Source: Verrucomicrobiales bacterium (GTDB lineage Bacteria > Verrucomicrobiota > Verrucomicrobiia > Verrucomicrobiales > V1-33). From it: 64,000 nucleotides of DNA. The stretch is from assembly GCA_031411295.1 (NCBI GenBank), contig JANOAV010000181.1, forward strand, positions 1-64,000, in the 5' to 3' direction. Numbering within the stretch: position 1 is the stretch's first letter; the number at the start of each line of letters is the position of its first letter. Positions 1 through 8,854 of the stretch are shown here, one piece after another. The position numbers were made by a program, and so were the translations under genes. The notes under the pieces are model-generated. The model made no database searches, had not been told where the DNA came from, and saw only the letters and a program-made list of their open reading frames with translations.

Positions 1-235
1 GGAAAAGAATGCGGGAAGCGGCAGGGAGTTATGGGGCATCCGCCCAATCCATCAGAAGCTGGCAGGGCGCCATGGGAAATTACAGAATTCCAGATATTTT
101 TGAATCCTTAAAGGCATTGGCTTTTAAGCGGTGCATCACGCGAAGAGTGTGGATCAGCCCGCTGGGCTGATCTTAAAAAAGCTGAGCAGCCCAGCGGTTT
201 CCTCCACATCCTACCTGATCCTTTGTGGCGATGGC

Positions 236-1786
236 CTAACGCGGAAACGCCAGCGTGGTCTCCGGGCCGATAGACAGGATCCGATAGCGTTCGTTGGGCT
301 CGCCTTCGGTTAACTGAAGCGGTTGACCAGGAGCGTAGGGATCGCCCGGGATGGCGGGGAGGAACTCGGGGACTAACTCGCTGGCGTTGGTGGGCGGATG
401 CTGGTATTTGAGGATGAATCGCTCCGCAGCGATAGCGAGCAGGAGTTGGCGGCGGCGGGTTTGGAGTTGGAGGGCGGTGTTGCCAATTCCGGATAGTGCG
501 GGACATGCTACGGCCGCTAACAGTGTGCGTGGATTAGGCGTCGCAGATAGCGAGACGCGCATTTTTTGGAACCCTGCGTCCATTTTTTGCGTAAATGCCA
601 GCAGATCATCAGCGTTAGTTCGTGGCAAGATTATCTCGCGCCACCAACTCAGGTGATTGGCCATATTCGCATCAATCCAACCTTCCGGAAGATACTTCAG
701 CGGAGGAAGGAATCGGTGATGCCACGTGCGAATCTTATCCACTGACCAGATGTGCAGTCCAAACCCTTCCCATGTTAAACTATTCCGCAGCATGCGTTCT
801 TCATCGATATGCGTCAGGAGTGTCGTTAATTTGCGAAGCGATTCGTCCGAGGCGACTCCGGTTGCAATGCCAACACTCGTTGCTTGCAAAGTAACCTGCT
901 CAATCGGTGTTATTGTTAGAAAAGAAACCAAGCTAGTGGAATTGCCGCCTGAGTGACAAAATCGTATTAGCACCTCACATAGCGCCATGAATTCCTCGAG
1001 CCTTCCGGCACTGGCAGCAGCCTTGGCTCGCAAGGTGATATTGCTAGCAAAAGCGTGAATTTGACTCAGCGCTTGAATTGGCACTGCTGCGGGATCGTCC
1101 AACGCATTACCAACTGCAAAGCGTTCTGCATTATCTGGCAGCATCACGGAATTAGGCCGATTCAGTGCCGCTATCAGATCCCTTAAGATTTCCTCCTGTG
1201 GCAACGATTGATAGAGCCACTGCGCATCCGAGAGTCCGGGCGGGCGCTTATGCCCAAGCTTGACCTCATTTGCCGCCCAAGCTGGAGCATCAATGGAAGT
1301 TACACCAGGCGTGAGTGTTACCTCCTTGATCTCACCTGGGATCGGCTTGAGTTCAGGGAATCTCAATTGCAGAAATCGCCCGTGTGGCATGGCCTCAAGC
1401 GCCTTTCGATGTGCGGTTTCAAATGGCCTTTCATTGGGGCCGATGTCTCGTGGACCACGATTAACTACAAACTTCTCAAACACCGGAGCGGCAAAGAAAT
1501 TCGTTTCATCAGGCACGCTGGGCTCGATGAAATCGGACATTTTCATTTCACCGTATTCTTGAATCCACAGGGCGCGTTGTTCTTCGAGGGCGCGTCGGCC
1601 GTGCCAGTTCTCGTATTGCCAGGCCAGGGTGATGAGGGTGATGAACCAAATGCAAAGCTTCCAGAAATGGCGACGGAACCAGCGCAGTGGCTGGGAGATC
1701 AGCCGCCAGCAGCATTTGGCGAAGCGGATGGTGAACCAACGGGAAGGCTGCGTTGGAGCGATGGATGGGGCGGGTTGGTCGGTCAT
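236..1786 (-). CDS. Hypothetical membrane-anchored protein with pseudopilin-like C-terminal motif (third gene of ECF sigma locus)
   Basis: 523-aa ORF, likely start MTDQPAP at 1786. N-terminal TM segment (LCIWFITLITLAW). C-terminal LAIAAERF..P....ELVPEFLPAIPGDPY...YRILSIGP. Confidence 0.7.
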   Translation of the reverse strand: MTDQPAPSIAPTQPSRWFTIRFAKCCWRLISQPLRWFRRHFWKLCIWFITLITLAWQYENWHGRRALEEQRALWIQEYGEMKMSDFIEPSVPDETNFFAAPVFEKFVVNRGPRDIGPNERPFETAHRKALEAMPHGRFLQLRFPELKPIPGEIKEVTLTPGVTSIDAPAWAANEVKLGHKRPPGLSDAQWLYQSLPQEEILRDLIAALNRPNSVMLPDNAERFAVGNALDDPAAVPIQALSQIHAFASNITLRAKAAASAGRLEEFMALCEVLIRFCHSGGNSTSLVSFLTITPIEQVTLQATSVGIATGVASDESLRKLTTLLTHIDEERMLRNSLTWEGFGLHIWSVDKIRTWHHRFLPPLKYLPEGWIDANMANHLSWWREIILPRTNADDLLAFTQKMDAGFQKMRVSLSATPNPRTLLAAVACPALSGIGNTALQLQTRRRQLLLAIAAERFILKYQHPPTNASELVPEFLPAIPGDPYAPGQPLQLTEGEPNERYRILSIGPETTLAFPR

Positions 1787-1813
1787 GGTGTTAGGAATGC
1801 GGAACAAGACGCA

Positions 1814-1883
1814 GTTGGAGTTCGGGCTTTAGCCCGTTGAGAGTGTGCAGCGGGTGGCTGCGGGCTAAAGCCCGAACTCTAAC
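1814..1883. repeat. REP-like inverted pair (REPIN-like)
   Basis: GTTGGAGTTCGGGCTTTAGCCCG at 1814-1836 and its reverse complement with 1 mismatch at 1861-1883. Each arm has an internal hairpin CGGGCT-N2-AGCCCG. Confidence 0.8.
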
Positions 1884-1908
1884 GGTTATACTAGGGGAAT
1901 TCATTTGG

Positions 1909-2298
1909 TTAATATCTGAGGCCGAAATAATAACCGCCGCCATCGGTCCGTTGTGGATATAACGAAGCGATGATCTTCGCCATTTCCGGATCTTGCGGCA
2001 TGGGCTGTTGGTAAATGGGACCCATCACGGTTGCGCTGGAATCGCTGCTGGGCGCACTGGGCGGGGATTGTAGCCAGAGGATGCCTGCGGTGATCCAACA
2101 GGCGGCCCAGCCCAAGGTGTGGAAATTCACGAATTTCCGCAGGCGAGATTTCTCCTGATATGAAATCCGCTGAGCACTGGACAGCGCAGCGAAGGCAGCC
2201 TCCAGACTTCGTTGGCGCGCTTCTGGGCGCAGGGTTGGTTTGGGCAGGCGTTCACCCTCGGTGAGCCAAGCGGGATCGGATTCGGGGGTTGGGTTCAT
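1909..2298 (-). CDS. Putative single-pass anti-sigma factor
   Basis: 129 aa, overlaps the ECF sigma stop by 4 nt, one TM (LGWAACWITAGILWL). Confidence 0.6.
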   Translation of the reverse strand: MNPTPESDPAWLTEGERLPKPTLRPEARQRSLEAAFAALSSAQRISYQEKSRLRKFVNFHTLGWAACWITAGILWLQSPPSAPSSDSSATVMGPIYQQPMPQDPEMAKIIASLYPQRTDGGGYYFGLRY

Positions 2299-2810
2299 GA
2301 GATTTCGGAGTAGAGGTGTTGCAATTTTGAGCGCAGTTTATCTAAAGCATAGCGAAGACGGCTGGCGACGGTTTGGAGCGGAATGGACTGTGATTCTGCG
2401 ATCTCTCGCAGGCTAAGTCCTTCCCAGAGCCGAAGCTCCGCCACCACACGCTGGTCGGGTGGGAGGCTGGCCAGAGCGAGCAGCAGCTCATTTCCCAAGA
2501 GGGCAGCATCAGGATCTTCGGTGGTGGTTAGGATCAGATCGGTGGGATCGGCTGATGCATCGCATTGTGGTCGGCGTTGGTGACGTCGATGCCAGTCGAG
2601 CGTTAACTTTCGCGCCACCGTGAAGATCCAAGCGCGTTCGATTTGTGCCGTTAGGATCGCCCGACCATGCGTCGCTAGTTTAACAAAAAATTCCTGCACC
2701 AAGTCCTCGGCATCCGTGACGTGGCCCGTGGCAGTCCAGAAATATCGGAACACGCCATCCGCATACGCCGTGTGCAGGCGCTGGAGGTCGAGGGCGGTTA
2801 GGGATTGCAT
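2295..2810 (-). CDS. ECF-type RNA polymerase sigma factor
   Basis: Region 2 (DAEDLVQEFFVKL...WIFTVARKLTLD) and region 4 (LPPDQRVVAELRLWEGLSLREIA...TVASRLRYA). Confidence 0.93.
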   Translation of the reverse strand: MQSLTALDLQRLHTAYADGVFRYFWTATGHVTDAEDLVQEFFVKLATHGRAILTAQIERAWIFTVARKLTLDWHRRHQRRPQCDASADPTDLILTTTEDPDAALLGNELLLALASLPPDQRVVAELRLWEGLSLREIAESQSIPLQTVASRLRYALDKLRSKLQHLYSEIS

Positions 2811-2899
2811 GCAGGATCGAAGATCGGCTCTTTGGGTAAAGGACGCCAGACGCTGGGTATTTTATCTAAACTTTCTGAAATAAGAATCGACTCCTTTAC

Positions 2900-3373
2900 C
2901 TAAATTGCCTCCACCATGGTGACTTTGAGGCCTGCGGCTTTTGCTAATGCGGCCTGGCGCAGGTCACAGGTGATGAACTGCCGGCACTTCAGTTCCATGC
3001 CAAGAGCCACGTGGATGGTGTCGAAGGCACGCGTGCCCAGCCTTAGGCCGAACTTTTGAGAGAGCGCCAAGGCAGTGGTCACGGCATCTTCCCATGGCAC
3101 GTCCGCGATTTGGAATGTCCCTCGTTGAAGGAAGCGTTCCAGCCGCCCCTCCCATGATGCCAACGCAGCGTCCACGGCAGATTTTTTCGCACTGGGGAGC
3201 GACTTCTTTTCCATGAATGCTTTAGTTCGCAAGCCGTTCCGCACCTCCAGTTGGTGCATGGAGGTGAAGGCTAGGGGCGGTCTGCTGAGGCTGCGAAATA
3301 TCCCAACAGCGGTCTCGGAGCCGACTTCGTTGCTAAGCAATCGCATCAGGAAACTGGTGTCTGCGTAGAACAT
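2900..3373 (-). CDS. vapC: VapC-family PIN-domain toxin
   Basis: YADTSFL at N-terminus, LEV, RAFDTIHVALG, FITCDLRQ: acidic PIN active-site pattern. Confidence 0.9.
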   Translation of the reverse strand: MFYADTSFLMRLLSNEVGSETAVGIFRSLSRPPLAFTSMHQLEVRNGLRTKAFMEKKSLPSAKKSAVDAALASWEGRLERFLQRGTFQIADVPWEDAVTTALALSQKFGLRLGTRAFDTIHVALGMELKCRQFITCDLRQAALAKAAGLKVTMVEAI

Positions 3374-3377
3374 CGGC

Positions 3378-3617
3378 TTATCGGCGGGAGTTTATGACCA
3401 AATCGGCTGCGGAGATGGCGGAGATAGGTTCAGCCAGCATGGTATCTAACTCGTCATCCACTTCCAGGGCGTCGATCTCTGATTGAAGTGAAGTGCTGGC
3501 GGCCAGCACCCACAAGGGCTTGCCGTTATCTGTGATGAGAACGCGCTGCCCAGCACTGGTCAGTTTCTTAACATTGGAGGGATGGCGCAGGAGTTCTCTG
3601 AGTGGAAGAGATTTCAT
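3378..3617 (-). CDS. Phd/YefM-like antitoxin
   Basis: MKSLPLRELLRHP...GQRVLITDNGKP. Ends 4 nt before the PIN toxin start. Start at 3617 supported by promoter geometry. Confidence 0.8.
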   Translation of the reverse strand: MKSLPLRELLRHPSNVKKLTSAGQRVLITDNGKPLWVLAASTSLQSEIDALEVDDELDTMLAEPISAISAADLVINSRR

Positions 3618-3653
3618 TTGTCTGACACTACTGTCAGACAAAAGGTCGGTCAA
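3617..3653 (-). promoter_or_regulatory. Sigma70-type promoter with overlapping palindromic operator for the TA operon
   Basis: Minus strand TTGACC (3653-3648), 17 nt, TAGTGT (3630-3625), 7 nt, ATG. Perfect 11-bp inverted repeat TTTGTCTGACA-N4-TGTCAGACAAA at 3617-3642. Confidence 0.75.
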
Positions 3654-3662
3654 GATCGCACT

Positions 3663-6600
3663 TTACGGGAAAGTGACCAGTAACCTCACGAAGATCCGTT
3701 GTTCAGCAGCTTGCGGGGCGACGGTGCGGTAAACGATGGTTTCTTTGCCATCCCCTGTGTTCACTTTACTCAGTGCGGTCATGGCGGCGGCGTTCCAGTT
3801 CGTTAGTTCGGTGCTGGCTTGCGGGGTGCATTGGCAATCGTCCGCTCCGATGCGATGGGTGAACGTGAGGGTGACGTAAGTTTCTCCGCCTTCTTCCAAA
3901 AGGCCAGCCACTGGTGTGGCGGCGGAGGCGGGTTGGGTGGGGGACGAGCCCAAGGCGTATTCGATCAGGTTGGTGAGACCGTCACGATCATCGTCGGCAG
4001 TGTCGGCAATGACGTTCTGGGAGGTTTTCCACGTGGTGAAATTCAGCGCATCCGTGCCGCCGGGATTGCCAGTGGTGGTGGCGCTGGCGCGCCAATTTCC
4101 GGCGGATGCATGATCCGGGGCGGTGGTGGGCAATTTCAAAATCAGACTGTGACCAATGCCATCGGCTTCCACTGGCCAAGCCCCAGAAGTTCCGTAAGTA
4201 AAGGATTTGAGCGTGCCATTGGTCGCATTGAGCAACGTGAGAGTCTCGCCAGCATTGTCCAGCGTGCCGGTAAATTCGCCCGCCACTGGCAGGTTGGTGC
4301 CATACCGTGATTGAAACGCGGTGGTATTTCCCACCAACAAAATGCGCTGACCGGGCAGCAGCAATCGGCCCAGAGTCGAGTTATCGAAATCATACTCAAG
4401 GCCCGCCACGAAACGGACATTGGCCAAGTCGATGGCGCGTGGACCGATGTTCTGCAGTTCGACATATTCAAAGTCATTCGAGCCTCCGAAACCCAGCGCG
4501 ACCTCGGCGGGCGTGGCATCGGAGGGATGATACATGATTTCAGAAATGACCAGGTTGCTGAGCGTGGGCGCTTCGGTGTCAACCAGGAACGTGGGTTCGG
4601 TGAGCGCGCCCCAGTTGGTGCCATCGAAGCTGCGGGCCTTGATGGTGGCCAGACCGGGGCCGCTCAGCTGGATCGGTTGGGGAAATGTCGTCTTCACAGA
4701 TTGCAGTCGCAGATCAAATGTTAGGTCGCTGCTGGTGGCATTAGTCTGGTGAATCTCCACGGCAATGGTGTTCTCTCCTTCGACTAACGCGGATGGGATC
4801 AAGCGCGGATCGACCACGGGGAAGAACGTTTCTTCATCGGTGCCTCCCACGCCGTTGCTGGGGACATACTCGTAACCGATGTCACCGCCGGGCATGTTGC
4901 TGCGTCCTACTTCGCGCCCGTTCAGATAAATGATCGCACCGTCGTCGCGTTTGATTTCTAAATTCAGGGATGTGATCTGCGCGACGTTCGTGGCGGTGAA
5001 CTTCTTGCGGAAATAAACCAGCTGGAAGCGCGAACCCGACGCCCCAATATTGATGGAAGTGCGCGGGGCATCAGCAAACCCCAGTTCTGCATCGCCCGAT
5101 TTCCATTCTGCACCGGTGTCGATGAAGCTGGGATGTTTCCAGTTACTGGCGTTGTAGGACGGATGGCCCACCGTGACGGCGCTGGAACCCAGATCAATGC
5201 TTGGATCCCGATATTTCCAAGTGGCTCCGGCATTGGTCGTGCCCCAGTCTATCAAGGTGGTCGTGCTGGTGGTGCCGCCTTGAAATGCTACGGCAGATGA
5301 GTTCAACGCGCCTCCCACCAGGCGGGGATCGGCTCCGTTGATGGTGTAGTAGATCTGCGCATTCGATGCTAGCGTAACAGGACTCGCGGAGGAAATATAA
5401 CCGCCGAATTGGTTGAAGCCCACGCCCTGGAGCGTCGTGGGATAGAGCGCATCTGCCTTGAGTTGGTTGATCAGATCCGTGGTGCGATTGGGCAGGAAAT
5501 TCTGTGTTAGATAATTGCGGGCGGACTCCCAATCGGCCTTGGTTTTCGGCACGGCGGTCTTGGCATCGCCCCAGCGGGCACTCTCGGCAATGATGGCGCT
5601 TTCCACCACGCTGGCCATGGCATTGATGCGGGTTAGGCTGGCTGCGGGAGTCAAGGCCCCTTGATTGAAACAATGTTTCTGCGCCCGATCCGCAAAGCGA
5701 CTGCGGTATTCAGGATTATTGAGCAAGTGCTGGTGAATGAACTGCGGATTGGCATAACTGAAGTTCGTCAGATTGGCATTACTGAATGGCCCCGTGCGGT
5801 CTCCGCCCGCAAACATCGAGTGCTCCATGTCATGCGCCAGGTGCACGAAACCACGGTTCGTGGTGCGATCCCGGAAGGTAAACCAATTATTCACGGCGTC
5901 GCCCCCACCAGTCAGCGGGGCGTCGCTACTGCCGACGTAAAACACGAGCAGCATATAGTCGATCTCGTTGTCCACATCCAGTAACGCAGGATCTGTCAGG
6001 GGATTCAACGGAGTGCTCCCGTTGGCCGCCAGACCTTGCATTTTAAAGTAGCGTTCCTGCAACTCCCCGACTGGCGCAGTCGAATGCGCCACGGCTTGAT
6101 TCCACAAGCCTTGCCACATGGTCGTGGTGCCCTGGGCCAACTCTGTGGTATAGCCACCGGGCGATCCGGCGGATTTGAAGACATCGAAATTATCTTTGTC
6201 TCCCCCCAGGTAGCTTGCCGCAAATGGAGCCTCGGCACGTTCATCCAAATTAAACAATCCCCAGTATTGTCCGTTGAGATACAGATGGAAATAGAAGCCA
6301 TGCGAATACGGCTGGCCCATGGCCCCCTGGGTGGCACGGGTGAATTCCTCGCGCAGGAAAGTGGTGTTGCCATCCGCGCCAAAAGACCACGAGTAATTCT
6401 GCGCGGTGCGAATATCGAAGGCATCGAATTCGTCCGTGCCGGCATCGCCAAAGAGGGGATACTTTAATTTCGAGGCTCCCCATTCGGAACGGAAAAAGAT
6501 GTGGAAGGAATGTTTGGGATTGCTGGGATCCCGACTGAATCCGCCCCGAATCCGCACGCCGCAGGTGGAACCAAAGCCGCCGTTAGGATCGTTCAAGAGT

Positions 6601-8735
6601 TCAATGGACGCCAGTTTCTCCCAGCCATAACCTCGGGCTCCGGGGTTCGCATAAATGCCGGTAGCAGGGTTCATCAGGTCACTGACCGGCATTGTAAGAC
6701 ACATGCTGGGAATAGCCTGCAAGGCTGCGCGCACGGCTGGCGCCCCACCCAGCAACGGGTTGGGGTGATTCACAATATCGGGATCCATCCCGTAGTCCAG
6801 CACTTGACTGTTCACTGGACTCGCAGGCCAACCCGCAGGGGGATCGCCATTGGCGGATTGCGTGATGATGTCATTCGGAACCAGATACGTTTGCGTATCG
6901 ACATTCGTGGAATCCCAGTTTGGGCGGGAGGCCATCGCCCGGATCACTGTGGTGCCAGTAATGTTGATCGGCCCGCTGTAGATGGTTCCATTGGTGGCGC
7001 TGGGCATGCTGCCATCCGAGGTGTAGCGGATGGTGGCCTCCGGGGTGGCACAGGTGATCGTGAGGGGAAATGGGACGGTGGGAGTGGTGGTGTTAGGGAA
7101 GATGCCCCGCTTCACACTGAAATTCGTATCGGCGACTTTGCCAAAGCTGGAAGGTGCTGGATTGGCCGCCAGCGGGGTGGGCGAATTGAAGAAATAATGC
7201 TGACTCAAGTTGAAGCCTCCTCCACTTACCTCAGGCAGGATGAGGAACGCACTGTCTGCGGCTGTGTTGTTCATCGCTTGGATCGCTAACACGTTGTTGC
7301 CAATATTCAGTAATGATTTGAAAGCACTCACATCAATCGTTTCAGGGGTGATGACCGAGGTGACCGGACGAGTCGCAGTGGCTGCCGAGTTATAATTTAA
7401 AGGCGTGGGAGCATTTCTGCGTGCCACTTCGGTGCCATTGAGATACGCCACGAAGCCGTCCGCGTAACGCATGTTGAGCAATAGTGAGGAAAATGACGCC
7501 GGATCGGGCGCGGTAAACGGCACGCGCACATAGGCGGTGGCGTTGACGTTGCGCATGGCGGTTTCCACATTGGTGGAAATGGGGCCGCCAACTCCGCTGC
7601 CCTCCGCCGGGGTTAAACATTCCAAACCTCCGACTGCGGTGTTACCCACGAGTTGAAACGAGGTGCTCCAAGTCGTCGCGTTGCCATACGCCGCATAAAA
7701 CTCCACTTCATCGCCACCGCCGCCCTCCCACATGATGACTTCAAAGCTATGCAGCCCGGCACTCAAATAAGCCACGCCGATATGATCCGCCGGGCCGTGA
7801 TTGGTATCGTCCACCATGACATTCTGGCCATCGATCTTGATGCGCCCACCGTCATCGGAATTCAGGCCGAAACTGTAGTAAGCACTCGTCTTGATGTTGA
7901 TGAAGCCCGTCGCGCGCACCGCATAAATGTTGGGATCCGCCAGCGTGACGGCCGTGTTGTTCCCATAGTGACCGTCCCCGTATTCCCCCAGTAAATTCAA
8001 GGTTTGCAAGAGCGAGGTGTATTCCTGGGCGATCTGCGGTGATCCGACCGGCAGTGCCAGCAGCGCATCCGTGAGCGCGACAGATCCCAGGCTGCCGTAG
8101 GCGGAATTCTGCTTCACCACGCGCACGGTCATGCCGGGTTGCAGCACGCCGAAGCCAATCCCTGTGGGCCCTGACAACCAACTGCTGGCATCGAAACCCA
8201 AAGCCGTCCACGTGGCGGCCAACGTGTTATTTGCCGGAATCAACACCCGCGCAGGCGCGTTGGCACTTACCAGCGGAGTTCCGTTAAAGGACAGACCATA
8301 GCCCCGATCCGGGTCCTGCTGGGGATACTCCGTTCCAAAATCCTGGGCCACGGAACCGTCCGGTCGGACCAACGCCAAGTATTCCCCACTGGCACTCAAC
8401 GAGAAATTCGTGTGCAGTGGCGCGCCCACCACCCGACGATTTTTCCCGTCCGCCCAAACCAACAGAAATTGTCCAGGAGGAATCGAGACCGCGGGAAAAA
8501 TCCATTTCATAGGGATCGCAGCGTTATCCGTGAGAGCCCAACCACTCATATTTGCGTTGGAGGCATCGGGATTATAAATTTCAATCCAGTCTCCCCGCAG
8601 CCCTTCTTCATCGACGCGTCCGGTTTGGTTGTCCGCGAGGAATTCTGTGATTAAGGGGCTGGCATGGCTCTCCGACAGCATTCCAAGGGAATTGAGGATG
8701 AGCAAAACTAAAAGCCAGCGTGGGGAATGAGACAT
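3663..8735 (-). CDS. Secreted lamin-tail-domain / PA14 / CotH-kinase family protein
   Basis: Signal peptide from MSHSPRW. LTD motifs (LITEFLADN...DWIEIYN; LVISEIMYHP...EYVELQN). PA14-like segment (FGLNSDDGGRIKIDG). CotH motifs (RIRGGFSR, LYLNGQYWGLFNLDER, AHDMEHS). Confidence 0.85.
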   Translation of the reverse strand: MSHSPRWLLVLLILNSLGMLSESHASPLITEFLADNQTGRVDEEGLRGDWIEIYNPDASNANMSGWALTDNAAIPMKWIFPAVSIPPGQFLLVWADGKNRRVVGAPLHTNFSLSASGEYLALVRPDGSVAQDFGTEYPQQDPDRGYGLSFNGTPLVSANAPARVLIPANNTLAATWTALGFDASSWLSGPTGIGFGVLQPGMTVRVVKQNSAYGSLGSVALTDALLALPVGSPQIAQEYTSLLQTLNLLGEYGDGHYGNNTAVTLADPNIYAVRATGFINIKTSAYYSFGLNSDDGGRIKIDGQNVMVDDTNHGPADHIGVAYLSAGLHSFEVIMWEGGGGDEVEFYAAYGNATTWSTSFQLVGNTAVGGLECLTPAEGSGVGGPISTNVETAMRNVNATAYVRVPFTAPDPASFSSLLLNMRYADGFVAYLNGTEVARRNAPTPLNYNSAATATRPVTSVITPETIDVSAFKSLLNIGNNVLAIQAMNNTAADSAFLILPEVSGGGFNLSQHYFFNSPTPLAANPAPSSFGKVADTNFSVKRGIFPNTTTPTVPFPLTITCATPEATIRYTSDGSMPSATNGTIYSGPINITGTTVIRAMASRPNWDSTNVDTQTYLVPNDIITQSANGDPPAGWPASPVNSQVLDYGMDPDIVNHPNPLLGGAPAVRAALQAIPSMCLTMPVSDLMNPATGIYANPGARGYGWEKLASIELLNDPNGGFGSTCGVRIRGGFSRDPSNPKHSFHIFFRSEWGASKLKYPLFGDAGTDEFDAFDIRTAQNYSWSFGADGNTTFLREEFTRATQGAMGQPYSHGFYFHLYLNGQYWGLFNLDERAEAPFAASYLGGDKDNFDVFKSAGSPGGYTTELAQGTTTMWQGLWNQAVAHSTAPVGELQERYFKMQGLAANGSTPLNPLTDPALLDVDNEIDYMLLVFYVGSSDAPLTGGGDAVNNWFTFRDRTTNRGFVHLAHDMEHSMFAGGDRTGPFSNANLTNFSYANPQFIHQHLLNNPEYRSRFADRAQKHCFNQGALTPAASLTRINAMASVVESAIIAESARWGDAKTAVPKTKADWESARNYLTQNFLPNRTTDLINQLKADALYPTTLQGVGFNQFGGYISSASPVTLASNAQIYYTINGADPRLVGGALNSSAVAFQGGTTSTTTLIDWGTTNAGATWKYRDPSIDLGSSAVTVGHPSYNASNWKHPSFIDTGAEWKSGDAELGFADAPRTSINIGASGSRFQLVYFRKKFTATNVAQITSLNLEIKRDDGAIIYLNGREVGRSNMPGGDIGYEYVPSNGVGGTDEETFFPVVDPRLIPSALVEGENTIAVEIHQTNATSSDLTFDLRLQSVKTTFPQPIQLSGPGLATIKARSFDGTNWGALTEPTFLVDTEAPTLSNLVISEIMYHPSDATPAEVALGFGGSNDFEYVELQNIGPRAIDLANVRFVAGLEYDFDNSTLGRLLLPGQRILLVGNTTAFQSRYGTNLPVAGEFTGTLDNAGETLTLLNATNGTLKSFTYGTSGAWPVEADGIGHSLILKLPTTAPDHASAGNWRASATTTGNPGGTDALNFTTWKTSQNVIADTADDDRDGLTNLIEYALGSSPTQPASAATPVAGLLEEGGETYVTLTFTHRIGADDCQCTPQASTELTNWNAAAMTALSKVNTGDGKETIVYRTVAPQAAEQRIFVRLLVTFP

Positions 8736-8854
8736 GGGGAGGAGAGGGGATGCGCGGAATGGATCCTTTAGTTTACCAAAATACCTCTGAGTTTGGCAAC
8801 ACCGCATTCGCAGCGACAGGGAATGTGATTGGGGCCTTCCCGCTAGCCGCAGCT

